This document shows, one piece after another, positions 52,033 through 63,665 of a stretch of DNA of 64,000 nt. The notes beneath the pieces are model-generated. The model had not been told where the DNA came from. It saw only the letters and a program-made list of their open reading frames with translations, and searched no databases. Both the position numbers and the translations under genes were made by a program. Each line of letters begins with the position of its first letter. Position 1 is the first letter of the stretch. Where the stretch lies: NCBI GenBank assembly GCA_963822965.1, contig CAWGJT010000010.1, forward strand, positions 768,001 to 832,000. The letters run 5' to 3'. The stretch is from an uncultured delta proteobacterium (GTDB lineage: Bacteria; Myxococcota_A; UBA9160; UBA4427).

Positions 52033-53002
52033 TGCGCCAGCTCAGGTAGCCGAGGTAGATGGCGACCAGCAGCGCCGCCTCGGCTCGCAGGATGCGGCGG
52101 CGCGCCGAGATCGAGACGATGAGCAGCACCAGGGAGAGCAGGGCCGTGACGCCGAGATCCAGCAGCCCCCACCGGGGGATCGACAGGGGTCGGATGAAGA
52201 CGGTCACGGCCATCACGAAGAGCAGGTTGAAGATGTTCGAGCCGATGACGTTCCCGATGGCGATCTCCACGTGCCCGCGCAAGGTGGCCATGATGCTCGT
52301 CGCCAGCTCGGGCAGGCTCGTCCCGACGGCCACCAGGGTGATGCCGATCACCACTTCGGAGACGCCGAAGGCGCGCGCGATGGCGACCGAGGCGTTCACC
52401 GTCAGGTCCGCGCCGTAGACCAGCGCTCCGAAGCCCGACACCGTGACCAGCAGGTCGCGGGAGGTCCGGACCCGGGGGCTGACGCCGGGGAGCTCGCTCG
52501 CCACCAGCTCTTCGAAGGTGGGGTGGTCGGTCCGCTGTCGGATCAGCTCGCCCACCGTGTAGTACAGGAATACGCAGAAGAAGAGGAAGAGCACGATGCC
52601 GTCGCCGCGGTCCAGGCTGGGCGCGTCGCCGTCGACGAGCGTGTCGGCGGCCATCACGATCGTGGCGATCGTGCCGAGGATCATCATCGGGATCTCGCGG
52701 GAGACGACCACGCTGTCGATGTGCAACGCTCGGATCAGGCCGCACACCCCCACCACGAGCCCGATGTTGGCCATGTTCGAGCCGACGATGTTTCCGAAGG
52801 AGAGGCCGGTCTGTCCGGTGAAGGCGGCCGTCGCATTGACCGCCAGCTCGGGCGCGCTCGTTCCGAAGGCCACGACCAGCAGGCCGATCGCCAGGTCGGA
52901 AATGCCCAGGGACCGGGCCAGGGACGCGGCACCCCGGACCACCGCCTCGCCGCCCCCCAGCAGCAGGAGCAGACCGATCAGGAGCTGGAGTCCCTCCGGC
53001 AC
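52019..53002 (-). CDS. Calcium/sodium antiporter (YrbG-like)
   Basis: GTSAPEL...GNIVGSN and GTSLPEL...GNVIGSN alpha repeats. Confidence 0.92.
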   Translation of the reverse strand: MPEGLQLLIGLLLLLGGGEAVVRGAASLARSLGISDLAIGLLVVAFGTSAPELAVNATAAFTGQTGLSFGNIVGSNMANIGLVVGVCGLIRALHIDSVVVSREIPMMILGTIATIVMAADTLVDGDAPSLDRGDGIVLFLFFCVFLYYTVGELIRQRTDHPTFEELVASELPGVSPRVRTSRDLLVTVSGFGALVYGADLTVNASVAIARAFGVSEVVIGITLVAVGTSLPELATSIMATLRGHVEIAIGNVIGSNIFNLLFVMAVTVFIRPLSIPRWGLLDLGVTALLSLVLLIVSISARRRILRAEAALLVAIYLGYLSWRSAFT

Positions 53003-53110
53003 GCATCGCCTCCGGGCGCGACGATAGTGCGGATGCCCGGATTGCGAACGCGAAGCGCGCATCCGGCCGGCGGGTGACAGCCGCACGCGGGAGTGATACG
53101 ACCTCCAGCC

Positions 53111-56100
53111 ATGGCCGGAACCCAGCCCATCCGAAAGCTCCTGGTGGCGAACCGCGGGGAGATCGCGATCCGCATCATGCGGGCGGCCGCGGAGCTCGAC
53201 GTCGGCACCGTGGCGGTGCATCCCGCGGACGACGCCGGCAGCCTCCACACGCGCCGGGCGGACGCGGTGCGCGAGCTGCCCGGCAGCGGGGTCCGCGCCT
53301 ATCTCGACGCCGAGGCGATTCTCGAGGCCGCGCGGGCAACCGGCTGCGACGCGATCCACCCGGGCTACGGATTCCTGAGCGAGAGCGCCGCCTTTGCCTC
53401 GGCCTGCGCGGAGGCGGGGCTCACCTTCGTCGGTCCGCGACCGCGGCACCTCGCCCTCTTCGGCGACAAGCTGGCTGCCCGCCGCCTGGCCGTGGAGCGC
53501 GGGGTCCCCGTGGTGCTGGGAAGCGGGGAGGCGGCGACGGTCGCGACGGCGAAGGACTTCTTCGCCTCGCTGGCGCCGGGCCAGGCCCTGGTCGTCAAGG
53601 CCGTGGCTGGTGGCGGCGGCCGCGGCATGCGGGTGGTGCGGGACGCGTCGGAGCTCGAATCGGCCTTCGAGCGCTGCCGCTCCGAGGCCGCCAAGTCCTT
53701 CGGGGACGACACCCTCTACGTCGAGCGCTTCGTCGCGGGAGCCCGTCACGTGGAGGTGCAGATCGCAGGCGACGCCCAGGGAAACGTGATGCACCTCTTC
53801 GAGCGGGAGTGCACCCTGCAGCGGCGCCACCAGAAGCTCGTCGAGGTGGCCCCGAGCCCGGGCCTCTCCCACGCCCTGCGCGACCGCCTCACCCGGGCCG
53901 CCGTGACCCTCGCCGGCGCCGAGTCCTACGAGAGCCTCGGAACCTTCGAGTTCCTGGTGGAAGGGGGCGACTTCTCCTTCATCGAAGCCAACCCGCGGCT
54001 CCAGGTGGAGCACACGGTCACCGAGGAGGTGACGGGCGTCGACCTCGTGCAGCTGCAGCTGCGGCTCGCGGGCGGGGAGAGCCTCGCGTCCTTGGGACTC
54101 GACCCGTCGTCGCCGCCGGAGCCGCGGGGATTCGCGATCCAGCTTCGCATCAACTGCGAGCGGATGGCTGCCGACGGCAGCGTGCGTCCCAGCGCGGGCC
54201 GCGTCACGATCTACGAGCCACCCTCTGGCCCGGGGGTGCGCGTCGACGGCGCCGGCTACGCCGGCTACGTGCCGAATCCCCACTTCGACACCCTGATCGC
54301 GAAGCTCGTGGTCCACTCGCCGACGGGCCGCTACGCGGACGTGCTTCGACGTGCCGACCGGGCGCTCGCCGAGCTGCGCATCGAAGGCGTCGAGACCAAC
54401 GTCTCGCTGCTGCGCAGCCTGGTGCGACACCCGAACGTGGTGGCGGACCGCATCGATACGAGCTTCGTGGAGACCCACGCCGAGAAGCTCGTGGCAACGG
54501 CGGCCTCTCACCCGCGGCTGCACTTCGACGCCGAGGCGGCCGGCGCGGCCGGCCCGCCGGTGGGTGCTCGCGTCGACAGCGACGACCCGCTGGCGGTGCT
54601 CGAGCACGGCAGGCAGGGAGCCCCGGGCCGCCGGATGGCTCTCCCGGCGGACGACGGCGCCGCCGCGGTCGTCCGCGCACCCCTCCAGGGTACCGTCGTG
54701 AGCATCGACGTCGCGGAGGGCGACCTCGTCGCCGCCGGCGCGTCGCTGCTCGTGCTCGAGGCGATGAAGATGGAGCACGTCGTGACGGCGCCCGTGTCGG
54801 GTCGGGTCGAGCGGGTGGCGGCCGCGGCGGGGGACACCGTGGCCGAGGGACACGCGCTGGTCGCGATCGAGGCGGCGGAGGTGGTGGGCGCCGCCGTGGC
54901 GGCGGACGAGGAGATCGATCTCGACGCCGAGCGCCCCGACCTCGCCGAGGTGCGGGCGCGCCACGCGAAGGGCGACGACGCGTCGCGGCCGGAAGCGGTG
55001 GCGCGCCGCCGCCGGACCGGGCAGCGCACGGCGCGCGAGAACGTCGCCGATCTTTGCGATCCCGGAACCTTCGTCGAGTACGGACCGCTCGTGATCGCCG
55101 CGCAGCGGAGGCGTCGATCGCTCGAGGACCTGATCGACCGCACGCCGGCCGACGGCCTGGTGGCGGGCGTCGGACGGGTGAATGGATCGCTCTTCGACGA
55201 GCGCGCTTCGCGCTGCGCGGTCCTGTCCTACGACTACACCGTGCTGGCCGGCACCCAGGGGCTGCAGAACCACCGCAAGAAGGACCGTCTCTTCGAGCTC
55301 GCCGAGCAGCAGCGCCTGCCGGTGGTCTTCTTCACCGAGGGCGGTGGCGGCCGGCCGGGCGACACGGACGGCGCGGGGGTGGCCGGGCTCGACTGCCTGG
55401 CGTTCCACTACTTCGGGCGCCTGAGTGGGCTCGTGCCGTTGGTGGGCGTCAACTCCGGCCGCTGCTTCGCGGGAAACGCAGCCCTGCTGGGCTGTTGCGA
55501 CGTCGTGATCGCGACCCGGGACTCGAACATCGGCATGGGCGGGCCCGCGATGATCGAGGGGGGTGGGCTCGGCGTCTTCCGTCCCGAGGAGGTGGGGCCC
55601 ATGGAGGTGCAGGTCCCCAACGGCGTGGTCGACCTGCCCGTGGCCGACGAGGCCGAGGCGGTGGCCGTGGCCCGGCGGTACCTGTCCTATTTCCAGGGGC
55701 GCACCGCTTTCCAGGGGCGCACCGCTTTCCAGGGGGCGCACCGCTTTCCAGGGGCGCACCGCTTTCCAGGGGCGCACCGCCTTCCGCAGCGCCTTCGAGG
55801 GCCGCACGCCCTCCGAAGGCCCCGGGGGCCCCGGGGCCCCCGACGGTGCCGGCGGCGGCTGTGCGGACCAGCGTCTGCTGCGCCAGGCGATTCCCGAGAA
55901 CCGCCTGCGCGTCTACGATGTTCGGCGGGTGATCGAGATCCTGGCGGACACGGATTCGGTGCTGGAGCTGCGACGGCACTTCGGTCCCGGCATGGTGACC
56001 GCCCTGGTGCGTATCGAGGGCCGTCCGGTCGGCGTCGTCGCCAACAATCCGGTGCACCTCGCGGGCGCCATCGACAGCCCCGGCGCCGACAAGGCCGCGC

Positions 56101-56627
56101 GCTTCATGCAGCTGTGCGACGCCTTCGACCTCCCGATCCTCTTCCTGTGCGACACGCCCGGCATCATGGTGGGGCCGGAGGTCGAGAAGACCGCCCTGGT
56201 GCGGCACGCATCCCGGCTCTTCGTGACGGGGGCGAGCCTGAGCGTCCCGTTCTTCACCATCGTGCTCCGCAAGGGTTACGGGCTCGGCGCCCAGGCCATG
56301 GCGGGCGGCAGCTTCCACGCGCCCGTCTTCACGGTGGCCTGGCCGACCGGCGAGTTCGGCGGCATGGGACTCGAGGGGGCGGTGAAGCTGGGCTTCCGCA
56401 ACGAGCTGGCGGCCGTCGACGACCCGGGCGAGCGACGCGCGCTCTTCCAGCAGATGGTCGATCGCATGTACGAGCACGGGAAGGCGGTCAACATGGCGTC
56501 GCACTTCGAGATCGACGACGTGATCGACCCGGCGGATTCCCGGCGCTGGATCCTCACCGCGCTCGAGTCGGCGCCGCCGCCCCCGCCGCGCAGCGGGAAG
56601 AAGCGCCCCTGCATCGATACCTGGTAG
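53111..56627 (+). CDS. Single-chain biotin-dependent acyl-CoA carboxylase (BC-BCCP-CT, LCC type); frameshift inside the repeat near 55735
   Basis: LVANRGEIA, GGGGRGM, EANPRLQVEH, EAMKM, DYTVLAGTQG, DTPG, RKGYGLG, KKRPCIDTW. Confidence 0.9.
55690..55780 (+). repeat. 18-bp coding tandem repeat TTTCCAGGGGCGCACCGC x5 (FQGRTA); third copy has an extra G
   Basis: Units start at 55690, 55708, 55726 (19 bp), 55745 and 55763. Confidence 0.92.
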
Positions 56628-56643
56628 CGGGGGGCCGCGGCGT

Positions 56644-57971
56644 TCAGCCGGCGTCTTCCCGGAACCGGAACTCCGCGACGTTGCTGAAGCGCACGAGGTT
56701 CGCGATGGGCGACTCGGGCATGGGCTCCTCGTCCGGGTCGATCGTGATGTCCCACGCCATGCAGGCCCGCTCGACGTCCACGCTCTCGGGGTCGATGGGA
56801 TGCATGCGCGCCAGCGGCTGCACGGCGGCCACGACCCGCGCGAGGCCCGGGTTCTCCTCGTCCTCGAGCAGCGCCGTCCAGGCCTCGGGCTCGCCCGGGG
56901 CGAGGGCGTCGCACTCCTCGATCCAGAAGCGTCCGTTCCGCTCGTCGAGCAGCTCGCAGCCGAAGCGCACGTAGTCGTGCGGGAGCGCCGGGTCCACCTG
57001 CAGGGTCTTCAGGATGGATGCCATGTCGTCGCCCTCGATGCCGAGGCAGCGGCGAATGCGCGGAATCGAGACCGGCGCGATGCCCGCCCATTCGTCGCGC
57101 GCGAACTCCGGCCCCACCTCGGGCCCGAAGCGGTCGTGCACCGAGGTGTAGGCGGCGCGCATGAGCAGGTGCGCGTCCAGCGTGATCTCCTTGAGCTGTC
57201 GCGCGAGCACGGGCTGGGCCAGGTCCTCGAGTACGAAGTCCGGCCGGAAGGGCCCCGCGTAGTCGTGCAGGCCCTCGCCGAGCTCGCCGTCGAGCGGGGC
57301 GTACGTGAAGCCTGCCGCGAGGCTCTCCCGGACGATCGCCGTGATGGGAAGCTCCTGGAAGCGCTCCTCCCGCTTCCCGATCTCCACGCGCCAGCGACAG
57401 TCGGGTCCCGTGTGTCCGATCTGCAGCGGCGGTCGGTGCTCGGCGACGATCCGCGCGCGGCGGTTCACGGAGGTGACCGTCGCGGGGAACGTGGGGTCCT
57501 CCATGTGGTGGCAGAGCTGGATGACGGCCTGCTCGTTGTCGGGCGAGATCCGGAGGATGTCCGCCAGGGCGCCGCAGCGCGCCAGCCAGAAGTACCCGAC
57601 GACTCTCGTCGACGAGCTCGTAGCGCACGTCCATGTACTGGTGGGGGAAGCCGATGTCGAGCTGGAAGGCCTTCAGGATGGCCGAGACGCCGTCGCCTTC
57701 GATCCCGAGCAGGGCGCGATTCCGCGGATTGTAGACGGGGCTCGATCCGATCCACTCGTCGCAAGCGACCTGCGGTCATTGCCTCCGGAGTGAAGCGACG
57801 GCCGATGAGCGGCATCAGCCCGCGGTCGTGGAAGTGCGCGAAGAGCATGTACTCGCGGCCCAGGCGGCCCAGGGCGTCGCGGCTCAGGCGTCCGAGGTGG
57901 AAGTCGGGCTCGAAGGCACCGGCGTAGTCGTGAAGCTCGCCTTCGCGTCGGGGGTCGTGGGGGATGGACAT
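56644..57971 (-). CDS. Hypothetical protein made of two tandem homologous ~210-aa domains; frameshifts near 57600 and 57770
   Basis: LHDYAGxFxPDF, DEWxG, LGIEGD..ILK..Q.D..PH.Y and FW...CxAL each occur twice. Confidence 0.7.
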
Positions 57972-58142
57972 GAGTGGCTCCGGCGCCTCTTCCTCCGCCG
58001 ACACGGCGAGGATCTGCTGCGCAGAGGGTGCCGCTTCCGGCCGGGATGCGCCTCCGGTTCGGATAGAATCGCGCGACGCGGCGCGGCTCGCGCGCGGGAC
58101 GGGTGCCTGCGTGCGTGAACGGCGATCAGGGAGGCGAGACGC

Positions 58143-60635
58143 ATGGCGGGGGAGTCGGGAGCGCGGTCGGACGGGCCGCTGGCGGGCATCCGGGTCCTGG
58201 ATCTGACGACGCGCCTCGCCGAGGCGGCGGGTCGTGTCTTCGCCGATCTCGGCGCGGAGGTGATCAAGGTCGAGCCGCCCGGCGGTTGCGACGCGCGCTT
58301 CACGCCGCCGTTCCTCGAGGAGAGGCCGGGGGGGAGGGCGCCGGAGCGCGATCCCGAATCCTCGCTCTTCTGGCGCGCCTGGGGGCTCGGCAAGCGCTCG
58401 GTGGTCCTCGACCTGCAGGCGACGACGGATCGCGAGCGGTTCCTGGCGCTCGCGGGCAGCGCCGATGTGCTGCTCGAGTCGTCCGCGCCGGGCCAATTCG
58501 ACGCGCTGGGGCTCGGTGCCGACAGGCTCTGCGAAGCGAACCCGGCCCTGATCCACGTCTCGATCACGCCCTGGGGCGAGGAGGTGCCCGAGGCGAGCAC
58601 GCCGGCGACGGATCTCACCCTGGCGACCGCGGGGGGACTGCTGGCCATGATGGGCGACAAGGATCGGCCACCGGTGCCGGTGGGCTTCGGCGAGACGTCC
58701 ATGCACGGCGCCCTGCAGGGGGCGGCGGATGCGATCCTGGCTCTGTACGAGCGCAATCGCAGCGGCCGGGGTCAGCACCTCGACGTCTCGATGCAAGCGG
58801 CCGTGGTGTGGACCCTGCTGTACGTGACGGGCTACGCGGCCTTCGACCAGGACCCGCCGCTCTTCGGGGACGACCGTGGGGAGGCGGGCAAGCGCCCGCT
58901 GGAGATCCGGCCCGGCCTGCGCAACCCGGTGATCGAGTCGTGCAAGGACGGCCACGTGGTCATCACCCTCGTGCTGGGTGCCCAGGGCAACCACGGCTTC
59001 GGCGAGGCCATGAAGTGGGTCGAAGAAGCGGGTGCCCTCGACGCCGATCTCCGGGGGCGGGACTGGAGCACGTGGCTGTCGGACCTGTCCGCCGGCTCGC
59101 TCGCGGTGGCCGACGCGGCCCGGGCCGTCGACGCCCTGCTCGCCTTCCTGCGGACCCGGACCAAGGCCGAGATCCAGGAGCAGGCCGTGGCGCGGAAGAT
59201 GCTCATCGCACCGGCCTACACCGCTGCCGACCTCGCCCGCGACCCCCAGCTCGCCGCGCGAGGCTACTGGCGGGACGTGGCGGGCACCCTGCACCCGGGA
59301 CCCTTCGCGCTGCTGTCGCGCACCCCCATCGAGTACCGCCGTCCGGCACCGGCGCTCGGCGCCGACCAGCAGCTCGTGGACGCCCCCACGCACCGCCCGC
59401 GCATCCACGTGTGCGAGCCCGCCCGGGAGGGGCGGGGGATCTTCGCGGGCCTCAAGGTGGCGGATCTGGCGTGGATCGCGGCGGGACCGCTCGTCACGAA
59501 GGACCTCGCGAACCTCGGCGCCACGGTGGTGAGCCTCGAGTCGCAGAACCGCCTCGACACCCTGCGCTTCATCCCGCCGTTCAAGGACGGCGTTCCCCAC
59601 ATCGACGGGGGGCATCCGTTCGCCAACATGAACCAGTCGAAGTACGGCATCGCTTGCGACTACTCGGTGCCGGCGAGCCGTAGGGTGCTCGATCGCATCC
59701 TCGACTGGGCGGACGTGGTGGTGGAGAACTTCACGCCGGGCACCGCCGCTCGCCTGGGCTTCGGCTGGCAGCAGGTCCACGCGCGGCGGCCGGACGCAAT
59801 CATGCTCTCGACCTGTATGCGCGGGCAGACCGGCCCCGAGGCGCGGCACACGGGCTTCGGCATCCAGGGGGCCGCGCTCGCCGGCTTCGTCGCCGTGACC
59901 GGGTGGCCGGACCGTGCCCCGCAGACGCCGTGGGGTGCCTACACGGACTTCATCGCACCCCGCTACGCGATGGCCGCCCTGGGCGCTGCGCTGCTGCATC
60001 GCGACGCGACCGGGGAGGGGCAGTACATCGACGTAGCCCAGGTGGAGGCCAGCATCCACCTGCTGGAGCCGATGCTGCTGGATCACCAATGCAACGGTCG
60101 CGCCTTCGAGCGCCCGGGAATGCGCTCCGACCGCGCCTGTCCGCACGGCGCCTGGGCGACCCGCGGCACGGAGCGGTATCTGGCGGTCGCGGTGGAGACC
60201 CCGGCGCAGTGGCGGGGTCTCCAGGGCGTGGTGCCGTCGCTCGCCGCCCTGGACGGTCTGGACGAGCTGCCTGCGCGCCAGGCAAGGGCGGACGAGATCG
60301 AGTCGCGGCTCGCCATCTGGTGCGCGTCCCAGGACCGCTTCGAGGCGGCCGCGCGCCTGCGGGAGGCCGGCGTTCCCGCCTACCCGGTGCTGCGCGCGAC
60401 CGACCTGCGCGGCGATCCGCGTCTCGCCGCGCGCGACTTCTTCATCGAGCTCGACCATCCGCGCATCGGCCGGGCGTGCTTCGACGGCGCGGTCACCCGC
60501 TTCTCCCGTACGCCGATGCGTCCCACCCGTGCCGGCCCCGCGCTGGGGCAGCACACCTGGGAGGCCCTCCGCGACGTTCTCGGCTTCAGCGAGGCGGAGA
60601 TCAGCGACCTGGCCGCGGCCGGCGTGCTCAGCTGA
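58143..60635 (+). CDS. CoA-transferase family III (CaiB/BaiF), tandem double domain
   Basis: LAGIRVLDL..LGAEVIKVEP, KRSVVLDL; second unit FAGLKVADL..LGATV, VVVENFTPG. Confidence 0.9.
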   Translation: MAGESGARSDGPLAGIRVLDLTTRLAEAAGRVFADLGAEVIKVEPPGGCDARFTPPFLEERPGGRAPERDPESSLFWRAWGLGKRSVVLDLQATTDRERFLALAGSADVLLESSAPGQFDALGLGADRLCEANPALIHVSITPWGEEVPEASTPATDLTLATAGGLLAMMGDKDRPPVPVGFGETSMHGALQGAADAILALYERNRSGRGQHLDVSMQAAVVWTLLYVTGYAAFDQDPPLFGDDRGEAGKRPLEIRPGLRNPVIESCKDGHVVITLVLGAQGNHGFGEAMKWVEEAGALDADLRGRDWSTWLSDLSAGSLAVADAARAVDALLAFLRTRTKAEIQEQAVARKMLIAPAYTAADLARDPQLAARGYWRDVAGTLHPGPFALLSRTPIEYRRPAPALGADQQLVDAPTHRPRIHVCEPAREGRGIFAGLKVADLAWIAAGPLVTKDLANLGATVVSLESQNRLDTLRFIPPFKDGVPHIDGGHPFANMNQSKYGIACDYSVPASRRVLDRILDWADVVVENFTPGTAARLGFGWQQVHARRPDAIMLSTCMRGQTGPEARHTGFGIQGAALAGFVAVTGWPDRAPQTPWGAYTDFIAPRYAMAALGAALLHRDATGEGQYIDVAQVEASIHLLEPMLLDHQCNGRAFERPGMRSDRACPHGAWATRGTERYLAVAVETPAQWRGLQGVVPSLAALDGLDELPARQARADEIESRLAIWCASQDRFEAAARLREAGVPAYPVLRATDLRGDPRLAARDFFIELDHPRIGRACFDGAVTRFSRTPMRPTRAGPALGQHTWEALRDVLGFSEAEISDLAAAGVLS

Positions 60636-60837
60636 CTCGCTGACGCGCCGCGCCCGAAGGGGCTTCATCGCCGGGCCCGACCAGACGATGTCCCGGTCGG
60701 AAGCCGGGAGCGCTCGGGGTCGGGAAGGCTCGTGGTCCCGAACGGCTAGGGCGGCCGCGGGCCTCGCGCGAGCGGTGGCTGGTTGCATGGGACGTCCCGC
60801 CCCGGTATCACATGCACCCGAGAGGATCCCGAACGGC

Positions 60838-61269
60838 GTGACGATCGGCACCGGAAACGCGATCTCCAGCCCGCGGAAGCGGGCGCGCGCTGCCTCGCGG
60901 AGTGCCGGGAGCGCGCGCATCTCCGTGCTCGTCCTGCTCGTCGCGCTCGCGGCCCAGATGGCCTTGCCGGCGTTGCACGCCTGGCGCTCCGGTGAGACGG
61001 CCTCGACTTCCCCGGCGGCCCTCGCTTCTAGAACCGCTGCGGAGACGGCGGGGCCGGCGTTCTCCCACGCCGTTCCGATCGCCGGCACGCACGATCCCGC
61101 CACCTGCGCGGTCTGCCAGCTTCTCCACAACGCGAGCCGGGCGGCGCCGACGCCCGCGTCGTTCGCATGGGCGCTCGTCGCCGGCGAGGCGATTCTCACC
61201 GCGCCGACGCCTCACACGCTCGATCGCGCCGGCCAGGGCAATCACCCGCCCCGCGCCCCCCCCGTCTAG
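60838..61269 (+). CDS. DUF2946/CruR-like leader protein with CxxC and C-terminal RAPP motif
   Basis: TM helix ending ALHAW, HDPATCAVCQ, terminal HPPRAPPV-stop; directly upstream of a metal-import operon; start approximate. Confidence 0.75.
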   Translation: MTIGTGNAISSPRKRARAASRSAGSARISVLVLLVALAAQMALPALHAWRSGETASTSPAALASRTAAETAGPAFSHAVPIAGTHDPATCAVCQLLHNASRAAPTPASFAWALVAGEAILTAPTPHTLDRAGQGNHPPRAPPV

Positions 61270-61401
61270 GCACCCTCCGTTCATCCGCTCTCCGTATGAA
61301 CCCAGCGGGCGATCCGGCTCTGGGAAGCGACGCGTTCCCGTGCGGCTCCATGTTCCGGACGCCCTTCGGGCGGCCCTTCCAGGCTGCCCGAGGAGGATGC
61401 C
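61269..61401 (+). promoter_or_regulatory. Structured intergenic leader able to sequester the porin RBS
   Basis: GGCACCCTCC (61269-61278) pairs 9/10 with GGAGGATGCC (61392-61401); inner stems CGGGC/GCCCG and GGAAG/CTTCC. Confidence 0.55.
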
Positions 61402-62714
61402 ATGCGTTTCCCCATCGAACGGGGACGAGCGAGCGCGGTCCCTGCGTTCGTCCTCGTCCTCGTTCTGGCCCTGACGGCCCGCGCCGACCCCGCGGACCCG
61501 GACGTCGATCGGCTGAAGGATCAGCTCGATGCGACGAAGCAGGAGCTCTCGAAGACCCAGGCCGAGCTCGAGGCCACCCAGGGGCAGGTCGAAGACCTGG
61601 GCCGTCGCGTCGACACGCTCCAGGCGGATGCCGCGGAGAACGCGACGCCCCCGCCGCCATCGAGGCTCACTGCGCGCATTCCTCCGGTGAATGCCGACAA
61701 CCCGGCCATCAGCTTCGTGGTGGACACCGCGCTCGCGACGGACACCCACTCGTCGTGGCAGTCGATCGGCTATCCCAACGGCTGGGACTTCCAGCTGAAG
61801 AACGGCGAGCTCTTCATCTCGGCGCCCATCGATCCCTTCCTGCGCGGCTACGCGTCCATCAACGGCACCAGCGACGAGGGCTTCGACATCGAGGAGGCGG
61901 CCCTCGTCACCACGAGCCTGCCCTGGGGCTTCACGGTGAAGGGCGGGCGCTTCTTCGCCGACGTCGGTCGCCTGCCGCACTGGCACGACGAGGCGCTGCC
62001 CTTCGTCGATCGGCCGCCGTCCATCAACCGACTGATCGGCGGCGAATCCGGGGCCGAAGGGGCCGAGGTCTCCTGGCTCGCGCCCCTGGACCTCTACGTC
62101 GAGCTCACCGGCGGCGTCTACGACGCCGTGGGTTCGGACAATCTCGAGGACCTGAACGACAACGGCTTCTTCGGCCGCCGTTCCTTCGACGAGCTCGACT
62201 TCCTGGGCCGGGTGCACACCTACCTCGATCTGACGGACACGATGAACGTCGAGCTCGGCGGAACCTGGCTCGGCGTGCCGAGCGACAGCGAGCGAAATCT
62301 CTGGGGCGTGGACGTCACGGTGCGTCACCAGCCCGGCACGAGCCGGCTCTACCAGGGCTTCGACTGGGGGAGCGAGTGGATGTGGAACCGTCAGCGTTCA
62401 CGTTCCGGAACGACGACGGCGTCATCATCGACCGGACCCGCGCTGAGCCGCGCAGGGCGGCTACACGTACGTCGAGGCCTACTTCGCCCGCCAGCTACTC
62501 CGTCGGAACGCGCTTCGACTACTCCGAGGCGGTCGATGGCCCGGTCGATCGCGCCAAGACCTGGTCCGCCTTCGTGACCTGGAAGCCCTCGGAGTTCCAG
62601 CGTCTGCGCTTCCAGTTCGACAACAGCTGGGGCGACGAGCCGACCAACCAGCGCTTCACGATCCAGTGGACCGCCTTCATCGGGAGTCACAGCCATGGCT
62701 TCGCCCAGCGCTGA
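61402..62714 (+). CDS. Outer-membrane beta-barrel/porin associated with metal ABC importers; frameshifts in 62390-62500
   Basis: Signal peptide, coiled coil, NPAISF, APIDPF, IEEA, HDEALPFVDRP, PSEFQRLRFQ, C-terminal IGSHSHGF. Confidence 0.75.
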
Positions 62715-63665
62715 ATCGCGTCGCCGCCACCTCGTTCTCGCCGTGCTCGCCGTGGTGGCGGTGGGGCTCGTCGCCGGCCCCGCTTCGGCGACCCTGCGCG
62801 TGGTCGCCTCCACACCCGACGTCGGCGGACATCGGCCAGACAGATCGGCGGCGACCGCGTCTCGGTCGTGACCATCGCCGACGGCAGCCAGGACCCCCAC
62901 AAGGTTCCCGTGCAAGCCCAGCTTCGTCACCAAGCTCCATCGCGCCGACGCGCTGGTCGTCCAGGGCCTGGGGCTCGAGCACGCGTTCATTCCGGCGCTC
63001 ATCGAGGCGGCGCGCAACTCCGACATCCTGCCCGGCGCGCCCGGCTACATCGACGCTTCGCTCTACGTGAAGCCGCTCCAGGTGCCGAGCAGCCAGAACC
63101 GGAGCCAGGGCGAGCTGCACCCGCTCGGCAACCCGCACTTCAACCTCGACCCGGTGCAGGGCAAGCTCATGGCCCGCGCCATCGCCGAGGGGCTCGAGCG
63201 GGTCGATCCGGAGGGTGCGGCGAGCTATCGCGAGGGACTCGCCCGCTTCACGGCGCTGCTCGACCGCAAGATCGCCGAGTGGCAGAAGCTCGCGGAGCCG
63301 TTGCGCGGCGTGAAGGTCGTCTCCTACCACGAGGACCTGGTCTACCTGGCCCGGCGCTACGGACTCGAGCTGGCTGGGGACCATCGAGGTGAAGCCGGGC
63401 ATCCCGGCCACGCCGAGCCACCTGCAGGAGCTGCTCGGGCTGATGCAGCGCGAGAACGTGAAGCTCATCATCCGCGAGGTGTCGTACGATCCTGGCCTGG
63501 CCGACAGCCTCGCAGAGCGCACCGGGCGCGCGGGTGGTGCCCCTGGCCGTGATGGCCGGCGGGCTCGGCGTCGAGGGCTACGTGGACTCGATCCAGGCCA
63601 ACCTCGAGGCGCTCGTGCACGCGGTGCAGGCCGTGCACGATGCGTCGCCGGAAGCGTCGTCATGA
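62695..63665 (+). CDS. Metal (Zn/Mn-type, ZnuA/TroA family) ABC transporter substrate-binding protein; several frameshifts
   Basis: LRVVAST, QDPH, GLGLE, GELHPLGNPHFNLDP, VVSYH, IEVKPGIP. Confidence 0.82.
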
